DNA of 64,000 nucleotides from Hydrolagus colliei (lineage: Eukaryota), in the NCBI GenBank assembly GCA_035084275.1, contig CM068742.1:46252001-46316000 (forward strand), written 5' to 3'. The translations under genes were made by a program, and so were the position numbers. Of this stretch, positions 35,801 through 49,337 are shown one piece after another (the first letter of the stretch is position 1; each line of letters begins with the position of its first letter). The notes beneath the pieces are model-generated. The model was not told the DNA's origin. It was given only the letters and a program-made list of their open reading frames with translations, and did no database searches.

Positions 35801-38800
35801 TTTTCAGTGAAACATAACATTTTAAATTGTTCTGCACAATCTATCCAATGTTATAATTTCACAAGAACTCTCAACCAAAGGTAAAATTACTTGGTTTAAA
35901 AATCAGATTTATTCTGAAAAATAACTAGGGATTTAGTGTTGTTTGGCCATTTCAAATTTCACATGCATTCCTTTTTGCATAGACGTACATACAAGCAACA
36001 CAGTTTTGCTAATTTCTTGTCATAATTGTACTGTATAATTTATCAGTAGCATACATACCAAAGAAATTCATCTAAAATCCAAATAACAAACATAAATTAC
36101 CTATACATGGGGCCTTTCAATGTTAGAATATTGGAACCAATCAGTACTCTATTTAGGTGAAAGTAAATGAAATGTCTACTGCAACTAGAAAAAATAATTG
36201 TCCTTTGCTTAGTAAAACTTTATTAAATTTACCGAACACTGCATCTGTGCATATGAATCCCACATTATAGGATATGTATTTAATTTTTATTCTATATTGC
36301 ACATTTGAGCTATTTAATCATTTACAGCTCATGTTTTATGATCTATACTTCAACTTTACGAGAAAGATTAAAGACAGAAATAGGTTATAAAACTTGAGCT
36401 TACCTTGTAAACATTGAAACAGCTCATTCAAGAGTAAAATACATTTTCTTGGTGGGAGTTAACTTATTACAAATTTAAGCTGCCTTTTTCTTTTAGATAA
36501 ATTGAATTAAATGTGTGTATTATACTTTATTCAAGTGCTCTGTTTAATGGGAGTTTAACTCTTTAAGTACTAATCATTGCCAGACAGCCTTTTTAATGAT
36601 CATTTCTTCTTCAAAATATTGGGTTCAAAAATGTGAAATTTCATAGCAGATTTGATGTGATTAGATGTGATAGCAAACATTGTATTTTCACCGCATAATT
36701 ACTTTTGCTATGATATTTACAAATATAGAAATGCTAGCAGATATACAAGAAATTCTATAATATATGCATGTTAATATTTTATTTTTTAAAAAATGTTTCC
36801 TGTACTGTGAAGCTGTTACATTCATTAAGTGCAAACTTTTTAATAGAAAATAAATGTATTCTATTTACTCAATACTTTTAGTTTGATCCAAAATGACTGT
36901 AGTTACATTATGCATTGGCTTATGCAAAGTGCATATTGTTATTGAAGCTATTACTGAACAAGGATTTCATTGAGTTTTTCTAAATAGGCTTTATTACTTT
37001 TCAGTGTGGAAGCAATACATCATCAGTGCATCACAGACCTTATATATTTTCTACATGTTACAAAGCTAAATTTATCAGAGTGCTAAACATATACAGCCAT
37101 TCATAGGAAATGTCCAGACCTACATATTTTTGCAGAAACACTGTACAGTGGTTTCTATTCAATTTACACCCATGTCCTTTGTGTTGCATGAGAAGTTGAG
37201 CATCCTTGGTCTCCATCACACTGATGCATATCCTCATTTATTATTATTCTATTATCAACATGCCTCCTCAGCAGGCCTTACTAATTATAATCGAAATATT
37301 CATGCCGGCATTGCCACTTCTCTTACACCGAGGTTGCCCAATTGTGGAGGTGTGACCCAGGACTTAAAAGCTAAATTTCAGCATCTGTTCATCACAGGTT
37401 CTTTCATATGTTGTGGATCATGTGAGTTTTATTTAGTCCATACTGATGTATGTATGAGTTACTGTACAGAAAAAAAATCAATAATATGTAAGCTTTTTGG
37501 TTATCTTTTGAACGTGCATTTTGTTCTTTCAAATGCAAGAGAGTCTTAGAGAAAGAACTGTATATATTAAAATGCAAGGAGGCATCATATATTGTTTCTT
37601 TGTTAATACAATAGTAGCAGCAAGAATATAAGCAATGCAAGGATATGTGGCTGAAACTTTTTCAAAAATAAAATTTATTTAGATGTAAGTGCAGATCTTT
37701 ATTTTTATGCCATTAATACAATTAATTTGGTTTTGCACAAATATACAAATTAACATGGCAAAATATGGGTGGATATTCATTTTACATTATATGAGATGTA
37801 AAAGTGAGAACCCAAACAAAGAGGTTAGCTATGAGAAAAGCAATGTCCCATGAAATTATGTAAAATTTGTAGCAGGAACAAAAGTATGTGCCGCAGGATA
37901 TTCACTCCATTTGTAAATATGTCTTATTGTAAAACTAAAAGTTTTAATTTATTGTTTTTAGATTAACATTTACAAATTAATATAAGCACAATCTAGTGCA
38001 CAAAAATAAGTACCTTCTGATCAGAAAGATTATACTGCATAAAATTGGAAATACAGTATTGCACCTTAAATTTTTTTATAGAACAATTTAAAAAAAAATT
38101 CTCTAGGAGATAAACAGAAGAATCTTGCTTTTTTTTCTTGATTTAGAACAAATGTAAATGGAAAAATCATACCTATGTGGCTTCAGTTTATTTTCTGATG
38201 CTATAACAAAGAGACATGAATATACAAACGTGTGTCTTTAATAAAAATCTCAAATATTCTACAATTTTAAAGATTTCTTTTACAATAGTTCTTAGGGAAA
38301 TACTACTGATAAAATAAGTATATTTCCACTTTTATAAATGTTTAATGCAAAAATATGAAGGATTAATATTTGTCGCTTTTCCTTAAATTGATGTATGTTA
38401 CTGTCCTACAAATGTCACATCAAATAACCCAGAAAAATTACTGCAAACCTCCATAATTATGCATATTCATGATGCTATTTTACATAGTGCTAGCAGCACA
38501 TTGGATAGGAAAGAAATACACATAGATTTGACAGTGCAAAATTACAAAACACAAAAATGCAAATAGACGTAGGAATATTCTATTTTTTCTTTGGCTTACA
38601 GTGAAGCAGAAGTAATGGTCGCTTGACAATTTTCTAAATAGACTCTGGGAGTGTCAATTTTTTTTTAACCCGAAGCAGATAAATCATCATTGTCTAGGAT
38701 TTTCAAGGCCAATTAGAATGTTACATTTCCTTAGCATACATTTTGTTTCCCACAGACTGCACAGTCGACGAAGGAATGGTGTCAGTTTTTGATATTGGTT

Positions 38801-41800
38801 TCCTGCACCGCAGTAGTGCAGGGATTTGTTATGCACACAGATTCTGCATGCTGCAGATGAGCTGTGTGCAAATTCTGTTGGTTAGGTTTTGCATGTGTGA
38901 TGAAGATGAAGATTGAGCAATACAGTAGAGGTAGAGGCGAACCAATGACTAGCTCAATAGCCCTTTGTACTGAAGCGGGGAGCAGAGTTAATCAGGAACT
39001 CTACAAGTAATTAATGGCAGAGTTTGGGTAGTGCAAATGCTTGGGTAAACAGCAATTGTTCTTAGCACAAGATTCCAAACAGAAGCAACAATACTAGCAT
39101 TGTCCTGCATCTCTCATTAAGAGGATTCGGGGACAAGAGCTGAGCGCTCAGAGATGGGTGGGAACCTAACAGGCAAACTGTGCTCTGAACGAGTCTCCCA
39201 TGATCCCATTACAACAAGCTCTGGCTTTTGGCATCAGCAGTGCCAGCTGCGTTGGGAGAAGCCAAGCCTGTCATAACATCTTCACATCAAATCTTGCAGT
39301 ACAGAGGCAAAAACATGGTTGGAGCTTAACGAAGACAAAAATACAATAGGATCCATTAGGGCTCGTTTGTGGACAGGCCTGTTTACCAGTATATTTTCAG
39401 ACATTGCAAAATGTGTTCTTTTGTTTTAAAGAGTAATTAATGTTTGTTCCCTTCATAAACGAAAAAAAAGTGAAAGTTTGCGGCGTGTCTGCCGCAGGTT
39501 TTGTGCTTGTTTTTGTTCATACCAAATCCACTTGACTAAAACGCACAGTCAACTAGCAATGGTTTCCTTGACAAAGAATCTAGTGATGTAAAAATAATGC
39601 CATGTAATCATGTATATGCTTATACCTCTTTTGAATATCAATTATAGGCATAACCTGACAGAGATTTTTCCCTCTTTGTGAATTATTAGTATCTGAAGCA
39701 AACTCTGTTAAGCACTTTCATTCTATGAATAATTGGTCTCAGTTATTCTGTGCAAGTAAATTTCTTCCTCTACACCTCTCTTAAAAATCGCCTCTGATGA
39801 CAAAAGACACACAGACCCAGTGTTCAAAAACAAACAACCCATGAAACATGACAGTGTCTTACAATGAAATTCTTTCATTGTTTTTTAAGCAATGGATCAT
39901 CTGTACAATTGCTACATTGTATACACATACAGTGTGGCCCATTTCACGTTTACGCTACAATGCTGCTACATGATTCAAGTAGCCTCTGTTGCCCGATTTA
40001 GCTACTAGAAGGCATGAGAATCAGGCAACATGACAGTAAGGCACTTCGACAAATGAGCAATGCTCCAAAATTTCAAGAAGCTGTTTTTTTATTTTGCAAA
40101 GGCCCATGTTAAACTTCCTACACATTGATAACTGCAATACTGTACATTTACATTTGTTGAAACATGGAACGAAAAAAAAATAAACAAAACTGCACCATGC
40201 TTCAATGTGCTTATATGATTACTTCATGTTCTAATTTTAAGTCAGAGTCTATTAGTCAGCATCACACACTGGGACACACTACAATTAATGTGTTAAGCGC
40301 CGATGAAAACCAAAGTATTTATGTTTCAAAAATTAAGCTTATACTTGAGATGTTTTAAAATCAAAATGCCAGGTTAATTGAAAAAGATTTTGTGGTTAAA
40401 AATCTTGAGACAGTTGATTTTAAAAAAAATGGGATTTAAATTAGGTTCAGCTTATCTAAGTGCAGCTTATCAGGTTTATCACTGAACAGTTTCTGTACCA
40501 GCAGGAGTTTAAGCAAAGAAGCGTTCATTTCCTTTATGTGATCTGCATAAGATGATGTCTGCCACTGCTCTGTCACTGCGAGAATTCATAGCTTTAGAAA
40601 ATCGTCACTTTGCCTGCAGGCAGAGGAAAGAATTTTAGTTTTACTGTCTGGCATCTAATTAGTTATAGCAGTGATTATTAATTTTAAAAAATACAATCTT
40701 TGCTTTCAACGCTCACTTTGTATTCCCAAATTATACACACACAATGCAAATGTTTGAAATAATAACTGAATAGCTTTTTGTGGAATAAACTTAATAAACT
40801 AACAAGTGTGTACTTTAGTTGGCAGAATCAATGTGCTGTGAGAAGATAATACACTGTGAAGTGCTAGGAATGCCTATGTATGATAGTGAATGCTTTGCAC
40901 TTTGCTACAATGCAGTGTTAAATATTCGCTGAGAAAGGCATTCATGAAGGCCTTGAAAAGAAGGAAATTCAGCTATTGAACATATGATAAAAGTATTTTT
41001 TAAATGTATGTTCATTTAAAAATGTTATTGCTCTCTTAACATACTTTAAAATAAAGTGCTGAAATAGATGATTATCTAAGAGAGGTATAATCACAACTAA
41101 ATTTGAGTTCCTTTTAAAAAAAAGTTATTAAAAAAATGCAACTAACCATACCTTTACGAATCACCACTGCTCTAAACTATCTTGGTTACACTTAAAATTA
41201 ACACCCGGCATAGATTACACCAAAGGTTTTTCTCTCCTTTGTGTTTTTTTTAAAGAGAACATACTAGTTTTTTTTTAAAAAAAGCTTTTCTCTGATTATA
41301 AAAAAAACTGAATAATAATTTGACCTTGACCATTTCAGTGTATAATTTTTTTGTGGCACATTGCACCCAATGTAATGGTTTAAGATGCCCCAGTGTGATC
41401 TCAGCATAGAGATCCCACCAAGAGATCACATCTTGGTTGGAAATGGAATTTAACATATTTTATTCTGTTTTGACATAGAAATGATATTTTCTGGTTTGGC
41501 ATGTACATTGGTTACAGAGCTACCATTTTCTGTTTTATGTTTGAGGAAACGAAAAAAAATTGGGTTTTGGTCTAGTCAGTAAAAATAATCTTTTTCATAA
41601 AATAAATATTTTTCCTGTTAATTTATAAAGTTAAAGATGTTGCGCTGGGATTCCATCTCCAACATCCTGGTTTATTTGGGGGGGTGGTGAATAATCTTTT
41701 ACATCAATGTGAAAAAAAATGCAGTAATACTTCCTATGGCCTGTAAATCGACCTAATCTTAGTTTGTATGTCCATATTGTGCAGATGTAAGGAACCTTTT

Positions 41801-41954
41801 TAAATTCAGTCTTAATTTGGAATACGGTTCTTTTAAAAAAAACTGGCTTCCAAATTGAGGCTGAATTCCATAATGCTGCCCATTTAAAAAAAAGGCATGA
41901 CAAGATTCACAATTTGGGGCCTTTTCAGCACGTTTACCTGTATTAACCTATTTT

Positions 41955-42010
41955 TTATGTCTTCCTGACATGAAAGGAGCTCTATAAATGTAATTTTATG
42001 GTTGTTGTTT
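41955..42010 (+). mobile_element. short L2 tail remnant
   Basis: GTCTTCCTGACATGAAAGGAGCTCTATAAATGTAATTTT..GTTGTTG. Confidence 0.65.
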
Positions 42011-42484
42011 TTTTTACCTCAGTGGGAAAAGAACAGTGCAAATCTTCAAAACAGTGAAAATATTAAATACTAATTATTGCATTTCCTGAACTGCAATATA
42101 AATTACACAGTAGAATCAAATGAAACAAGAGATTATGCTAGAAAGGAGCATAAAACATTGCTCCAATCCTATCATTGAGTCTTGGTGCTTGTGATCAAGC
42201 AAGTTCAATGGTCATAACAATTCTCTTGCTTGCATTTTTTGGTGTGTGGGATATTCATGGTAATGAAAAGATGCAATAATGCTAATGAACCAACGCAGCA
42301 GGCATGTCAAGGACAAATGGTAATTGTTGATAAAATGTGCGCAGTAGCAGAAACTGCATCCCTACATACAATCCATGTCAGAATCTTTTGATTTCAACTA
42401 CGTAGGAGCAGATCAACCTTTACAAACGCACATTTTATTTACATATGGTGGTGCCCTTCCTAATTATCCCTCAAAAAACAACAA

Positions 42485-42690
42485 TAATAATTTGGTCACT
42501 CCACCACTATTTGTGGGACTCTGCTGTGCACAATTGGCTGCCACATTTTGCCAACAAATATACGGTCAATTCACTTACAGTATATTCTGGGAAGTGCTTT
42601 GAGATGTCAAGAAGACATGAAAAGCACCATATCAAATGCAAGGATTATTATTTTTTATTATTATTATTTTATTACTATTATTTTCTACTA
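42485..42690 (+). mobile_element. DeuSINE-like SINE 3' part
   Basis: TTTGTGGGACTCTGCTGTGCACAATTGGCTGCC (resembles the AmnSINE1/SacSINE1 3' region), with tail ATCAAATGCAAGG(ATT)n. Confidence 0.8.
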
Positions 42691-43325
42691 CTTACAGAGC
42701 TAGATTCCTAAGGTGGAGACTTGGCTATTCCTTAAGGCATGACAAAAGAATCACTAAAAATTATTGCATTTGAAATATTTTCCAGGAAGAAAAATATTTA
42801 AATAGCAAACTGTAAAATATTGGTGAGGGATTTTTGTTACTTCATTTAAATAAAAAAATATACTCCTCAAAGCAGTAATTATATTATTAAATTTCCACAG
42901 TACATTTTGAACATTTTTTAAAATTTAGTTTGAACATATGCCATCAAAAATGTTTAGGGTTTAGACAGGGAATTAAATATTCCGGACAGATTTTCAAGTC
43001 AAACAAGTTTTGGGAAGGAACAGAAATCATTCAATTATTGTAGCTTCTATTTAATATCTATATAAAACAATTCTAAGCCCCCCACCCCGTTGCTGGAGAT
43101 CATAGTGAAAGTTCTTAATTTCTGCAGAGTTTTAGAAGAGACAATTGGTTGCTCAGCTGGTATCCTTAGACAAGGCAATGATGATAGAATTTGAGTTTTG
43201 GTGAGGAACCAACCGGAGCGGAGGACCGGAGCTTGGGCCAAAGAGCAGTAGCAAACCTGGCAATGCAGTCAGTGAGAAAGAAGGGAGTCATATATAATAA
43301 GATATTGATACCTACATGATATCGT

Positions 43326-43505
43326 GGAGTCCTGTAGGTGGTTAGAGCACTTGTCTTGCTAGTGAAAGACCTGGGTTCAAATCCAGGTAGGACGAACCCT
43401 TGGGCAAGTTTCTTTACTCCACATGCCTGATAATAATCCCTTTGAAAAAAATAATAAATTGGCCACTTCAATCCACGACTGTTTGTGGGACACTGCTGTG
43501 TGCCT
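43326..43505 (+). mobile_element. SINE 5' part with tRNA-derived head
   Basis: A-box-like GGTGGTTAGAGCA and B-box GGTTCAAATCC, then CTGTTTGTGGGACACTGCTGTGTG. Confidence 0.8.
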
Positions 43506-43545
43506 TAATATTATATAATAATATTAATTGTGGTATTTTATATTA

Positions 43546-43675
43546 GGCCTTATCATGTCTTCAAGATGTTTCAAAGTGCTTCACTGTAAAATGGATTCAC
43601 TGTGTATTTTCTGGGCAAAAAAAATTCTCAAAGCACTTCACAGGAATCACTGCAAAGTGTAGTGACTGTTTGTTG
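43546..43675 (-). mobile_element. two antisense SINE tail fragments
   Basis: TCATGTCTTCAAGATGTTTCAAAGTGCTTCAC and TCTCAAAGCACTTCACAG match the reverse of the SINE tail. Confidence 0.6.
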
Positions 43676-46600
43676 GGTGTTGGTCGATATGGCAGAGTGC
43701 TTTCAGTAATAACAACATGGGGCTTGAATGAATGGAAAGAAATGTCTGAAAATACTGCAATTGGATCTGATATTAGGTTTCCTCATTTGACTTTCTTTGG
43801 AATAACGGCATGAAATAGAATACGTTAGAGAAAGAAAGACATAAGCAAAGCACACAATACCAGAGTTTACAGCGGTAAGGGTTATTGTTATAACATCAGG
43901 ATATCCTTATACAGTATGTATTTTGGTGGAAAAGTTTTCTTTTTTGAAATTTAGCACATGTGCACATTAGTAACAATTGCTGTGCAGTGTTTTACTCGAG
44001 TCTCCATGTACACATAATTTGATTTTTTTCGCAGACACATAAACAGGAAATTAATTCTTGGAATCCTAGAACTTTACATTCCAATTAATAGGGATTTATA
44101 GCACATATTTTGATTGGCACATTATTTTGTTCATATTGATGATAGTGTGAACTATTTTCAATACGTACATAATGTTTAAATTTGGCCAAGATTGGCTGAG
44201 AATTCTGATTTCACCACAGACTACACCAACTCAAATATTTATTGCTTGCACTGCGGCTAGGAAAATCATAAGGAATAATAGAATATAAGTTTAAACATTT
44301 TAACTGTTTACATGTAATTAGCGTACATACAAATTAGATAATGACGACAATAAACAAAAAGTTCTTGCTTATCTAGCTTTGAAAACACTATGATCCACTT
44401 TAGCATTTGACATTGCCTTGTGGCAATACACTCCCTGGTGTACTATAACCCACATTCCCATTCTTTACTGGCAGAATACAACCATTGATTCCCCTTCACA
44501 AGCTTGTACACTTCACCCTGATGCTTTTGTCACAGCACTAAGTGATATCAGTTGTAAACTTGTGCCTCTTTGTTATTGATTCAAGCATTACTTTTACTGT
44601 CACCTGTTTTTTTAAAAAAAGGTTTAAATAAATTTTATCGGCTTCCTTGAACATTCATCGGTGCAATTGCCAAGGAAAAGATACATTCCACCAACTGCAG
44701 TGCAAACGAGAAGGTTGCATTGTCGAATCATACAAGACAGGTTCAATCTGATAATTAAATGAAGTGCAGGGTTGCAATGGAACTTTACCATATGAGGTTA
44801 TTATTTTAATAAATATAAATGCGTTTATCGACCACAATCTAAATAGAAAAGACAAACATGCTATCCGTTCTTTTTCCTTCCATCTGTCCGCTTCCACTGA
44901 GTTAACCTGAGATCTCTATATGCTAAACTGGCTAACATGCATTTCTATGTGTCGCCATCAAAATATGTATAGAATTAAGCAAAGAAAAGTTAAGAATGTG
45001 GCCCTGCCCTCTGCTGTGGTTTGAGAGCAAGCCAACCATCAATGGTGCTGCTTTTGACACTCCACTGCAGGGTACCAGAGATATTCTGCCTACCTTCTGC
45101 TGCATCGTTTTAATAAGCCCTTTTACCTCCAGTATATGGCAAATGCAATAAAGTGTGTGCTATACATCTTCTGTTGTAAAAATCTTACTTGGCTTCAGAA
45201 TTCTCCAGTGACGGCTGAATACAGAGTACGACTATACTGCTGTTTTTTTTCAAAGAAGCAGTCCGCCCCTTTAATGTGCTCATTTAAAAAGAATGTCATG
45301 CATGCAAATGAGGGAATGCAGCATAGTATTAGAAAGGTGATAATTGCTGTTCTGTATGCTTAATAATTCTTGGCTTGATCATTATGAAAGACTTCACATT
45401 GATTGCAACGTTGGCAGCTATACAAACATACATCATCTGAAAGCAAGCGTTGAGAGAAAAAATCCTTGAGTAGAACATACCTACTGCTGCACAATGCTAT
45501 GGTTACCTTTCACCCAATGCACTTGTGTGGAGCTTAATATAAATCACAATGGCTGGCTGTGTTCTTTTTAAGACTGCCTTCTCCCCCTCTGCACTTTATT
45601 TCAGTTACTGCTTAGACAGTTATTGCGTGACAATATTTTTAAAACATATCTCACTCTCCGCAATAATTTACACTTAACAGATGAGACTAAATAATGCGAC
45701 AAAATTGAAAGTTGGACAATTTGGAGGGGGGACAGGTGGGGTGGCGTGAGGAAGGGAATGGTTGAGACATAGGAATGAGGTTTGTAGTGATACTGAGAGT
45801 CCAGCTGCAATGCATGTCTTCACTGTCGCCAGAGCCATGGGAATGGCAAAACCAGTTAAGGTTCAAGGTCATCTCTGACATTCAGCTGTCAGGAACTGTA
45901 TTGTCTGTGGGTCTTCACTCCATTGACACGTTTAAAGGTACTTTATGGTAGCCACAAAGAAGTAGTCAATTGATACCATTACGTTTCATATGCACACAAA
46001 CTGTTTGGCCCACATAGAACTCGGTACTGTTGGAATTGTTTAGCATTTATCTAATCAAGGCCTATGAAAAATATACCCTCCCTCTGCTGAATTGTAGTGG
46101 CAATTTAAAATTGCTCAGAACATTTTTTAATTGAGATAACTGTACACATACGTAAAGATTCACAGCATTTGCAGATCTGCCTGTAAACTAACGCAATTAG
46201 CATAACTAAGACAACCGTACACATAAAAACAAAAGTATAGTAAGAAAGGGGGAAGAAAAAGGCAAATTTATCCACTTGCAGTTTTCCAAAGGACCTAAGG
46301 AAGTCAAATTGCTCAGAAATGATATAAGACATTGCAATGAAAAGAGGTAAAATGTAAGCCTAGGTCAGGATACGGACTTTGATTAGCTCCATTGTTGGAG
46401 CCCCTTTGAGCTACGTTGGTCCCAAAGAAAACACCACTAATTAATCTATCTGAGCTTGGCAGAACTTTGTATTGAAGACAAGTTATAGAGGTTCTCCAAA
46501 GCGTAAATCTGTGTACAGTCCCTCTCCATCTCCAGAAGGACAAGAACCTCAAAACTCCTTTTTTTTCTCCTTTGTTCCATGCACATTTTTCCCAATGAAG

Positions 46601-47911
46601 CATTTTTTGTCGTTCCTCATTCTTTTGAAAATATATGCAAAGCAGAAGGAGAAAAAAAAGTGACACCGCAATAAAAAGTAAACCTCGGGAGAAAAAGCTA
46701 GGATCAATAACATGAGAGCTACTTTGTTAGTTGTACATTGTGTCAATATTTTTGCTGAGGAGAGTTCTACTGTTGATGCATATCTCAGTATCCTAGCTAA
46801 ACATAAAAATAATTATACCTAGCATTTTACATTACAAATAGAGGGTCATGAGGATTGTCTTTTCAACAGGCCTCTTCGGTTTCTAGATATGTCTTTGTTT
46901 CCAACAAAAATAGCCAAGGAAGAAAATATAACAACTGCATATGTTCCAGTTAGGAATTATATGATTGAATTTCAGAGCTATTAGAACCACAGGCAGCAAA
47001 AGCATCATTATTGTGCATTTTATTTATAGAAACAATTCCTATGTCTAAAATGGTACCTTAGCACTTCATTATTAAGTGATGTGTAACTGTATTCAAGACT
47101 GAAGGACATCTTTATCGCGATGCAGGATTTTTTCTATTTTGCTAGAGGCTGTAAGAAAATTCACAACAGATTTGCATGAATATGGTATTTATTTACTTTG
47201 TCATCAACCCAATGACTTAATAAAATGCCTGGAAGTGCTGAAAAACTACAAAATCTGTAGTGGTTTTGCTTTGCCATCAATGGAAGATGTGTTAAAATTA
47301 AACGGTTGCATTTAAGCGCCGTCAAATTCTTATTTATCTGAGCCAATACTTTTCAAATAAAACCGGAGCTACTTGTCAACAGCTTCAATGTTGGGCCTCT
47401 GACTGTTTATTATTTAGTTTGTTTCTGACACTTAGTAAAAGAGACATTTTCTCTGAAATATGTAAGAAAAACCTTTGGGCAGTGTTGTAAGTTGTAAAGT
47501 CTCATGCGATCAATTCTGACATGTCACAACTTTTATTTTCATCTACCCCACCACCTCCTCCACCTGCAACCCCGACTAGGAATATAGCGAATCATCAAGA
47601 TCCAGTTTATTCCCCCCAATTCTTTGTTTGTGCGTTAACTAAAACTTAATATTCGTGAAAATGTCAGTAAAAAAATCAGTCCCTTTTAAGGAAGAGAACA
47701 ACTAAGAAAAATCAACTTGAATTTGAAATCCACTGCAGCATATTAAGTGGCGCTGTCTCATTGTAAGAGAGGGCGACCCAGCGGCTTCTTGCAGTTTGAA
47801 GCTAATTGTTTTCGTCATGATGGGAACGTCTGTAAGTCCATTGCAGTGTCCCACCAGCACAGCCTCAGTAACTGAGCTGGCCTGCAGAGAATGAGCCCAC
47901 TTTGTAGCAAC

Positions 47912-48051
47912 NNNNNNNNNNNNNNNNNNNNNNNNNNNNNNNNNNNNNNNNNNNNNNNNNNNNNNNNNNNNNNNNNNNNNNNNNNNNNNNNNNNNNNNNN
48001 NNNNNNNNNNNNNNNNNNNNNNNNNNNNNNNNNNNNNNNNNNNNNNNNNNN
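47912..48051. other. assembly gap
   Basis: Run of N. Confidence 1.
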
Positions 48052-49277
48052 GGCTGACCTGGAAAGAAGACTCCGAGACAGGAGAATAAAAGACCATGCC
48101 CCATGAACACAACATATTGTTTCATTTTAAAGTATGATTCCCATACAACAGAAAATAGAAAATGTGATGTAAATTTATTTAAATAGATTCTACTGTTCCA
48201 AAGTTTGCCAGTCACTCCTGCTTAACTTTCCCAGCTCCCTGATTCATTGCTTACAGTGGGAATATAATGACATATAGTCATCATTGTAACAGCTTCTTTG
48301 CAGGGGCACAATAATAATGATTAATAGCTTGCAGCAAATTTTCACATGGGCTATGAGGCACTGAGTACCCCAAACACTCCCAAATCCCCCCTTTCTGTTC
48401 CTCTCAAAAGTCGTCTCCTTGTACCTCAGAGTTATGAACAAAGCCTATCTTAATTCCAATCAGCTTTCCTTAATTCAGAGTAGACCTCCTTTTATGACTG
48501 ATTCATGCGCCTTTTCCTTTCTTTCATTTATCCACCTCTTTTCATTTTGTGCTTCAGAGACGCACTGAAGTTTTTTTTCAACATTTGTTCCCAGGATTGC
48601 TGAATCTTTGCTGAACCCTTAAAGTAATAACTGTAATCTGCTAGAGAAGAAGAAAAAAAACCTGTTTGTAACAAAAATCCATTCCCCCTCCCTGCACATA
48701 CACTCCTATTTTAAAATTCTTTGACCAACGCCAAGTTGTAAGATGGCTAAGGGAGCAGCAAGCCTGACAGGCATAAATCTGGGTTTGTCCAGAGTTTGTA
48801 GAGCTTTAACAATAGGTTAGCTCTATTCATTGTATCACGGCTGGTTCCCATGAGAGACTAACAACTGAGACAAGAGTAGATCAGTTTTCCTGACGGGGAT
48901 GTTTATTCATTTTAAGGTGGTAGTCACTTCCAAATGAAAAGGATTCACATTAGGCTTGATGTATATGACACATATTCATAATGGACCCCAACTACAGTAC
49001 AGAGTTAAATGGAAGAGTTCAGACAGACTGTGCACTTCAAAGCTCATTCATTTTAACCCTTTTAACAGCAGGGTGACAAAATATCTGTACCTCATGTCTT
49101 TTTATGTAATTTTATACCGTTCTTCGCCAATAATTTTCTGGTACTGAATGTACATCTGTGACCTACATATTCTCTTGTCAGTTTATTAGCGTGTCTACAA
49201 ATGTTGAGTACAGACAAAGTTTACATAATTTAAACATAAAGCTTTTTAATACGATTATACAGGAAATGCTATACAGT

Positions 49278-49337
49278 ATTAAGCAGCCACCCGAGGGACA
49301 CCCGAATGTGAATGTTTGAAGCAGGTGGCTGCTTAAT
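49278..49337. repeat. perfect 14-bp inverted repeat, 32-nt spacer
   Basis: ATTAAGCAGCCACC 49278-49291 / GGTGGCTGCTTAAT 49324-49337. Confidence 0.9.

Noticed and set aside
36057-36064. miR-9-5p 8mer seed match ACCAAAGA (and several 7mers elsewhere)
   Set aside because: Expected by chance in 64 kb, and no exon context.
37130-37549. 139-aa ORF
   Set aside because: Non-ATG start, no recognisable homology or splice support. Consistent with a random ORF.
43326-43390. tRNA gene (also 62870-62938)
   Set aside because: The A/B boxes continue into SINE body sequence and there is no proper cloverleaf, so these are SINE heads.
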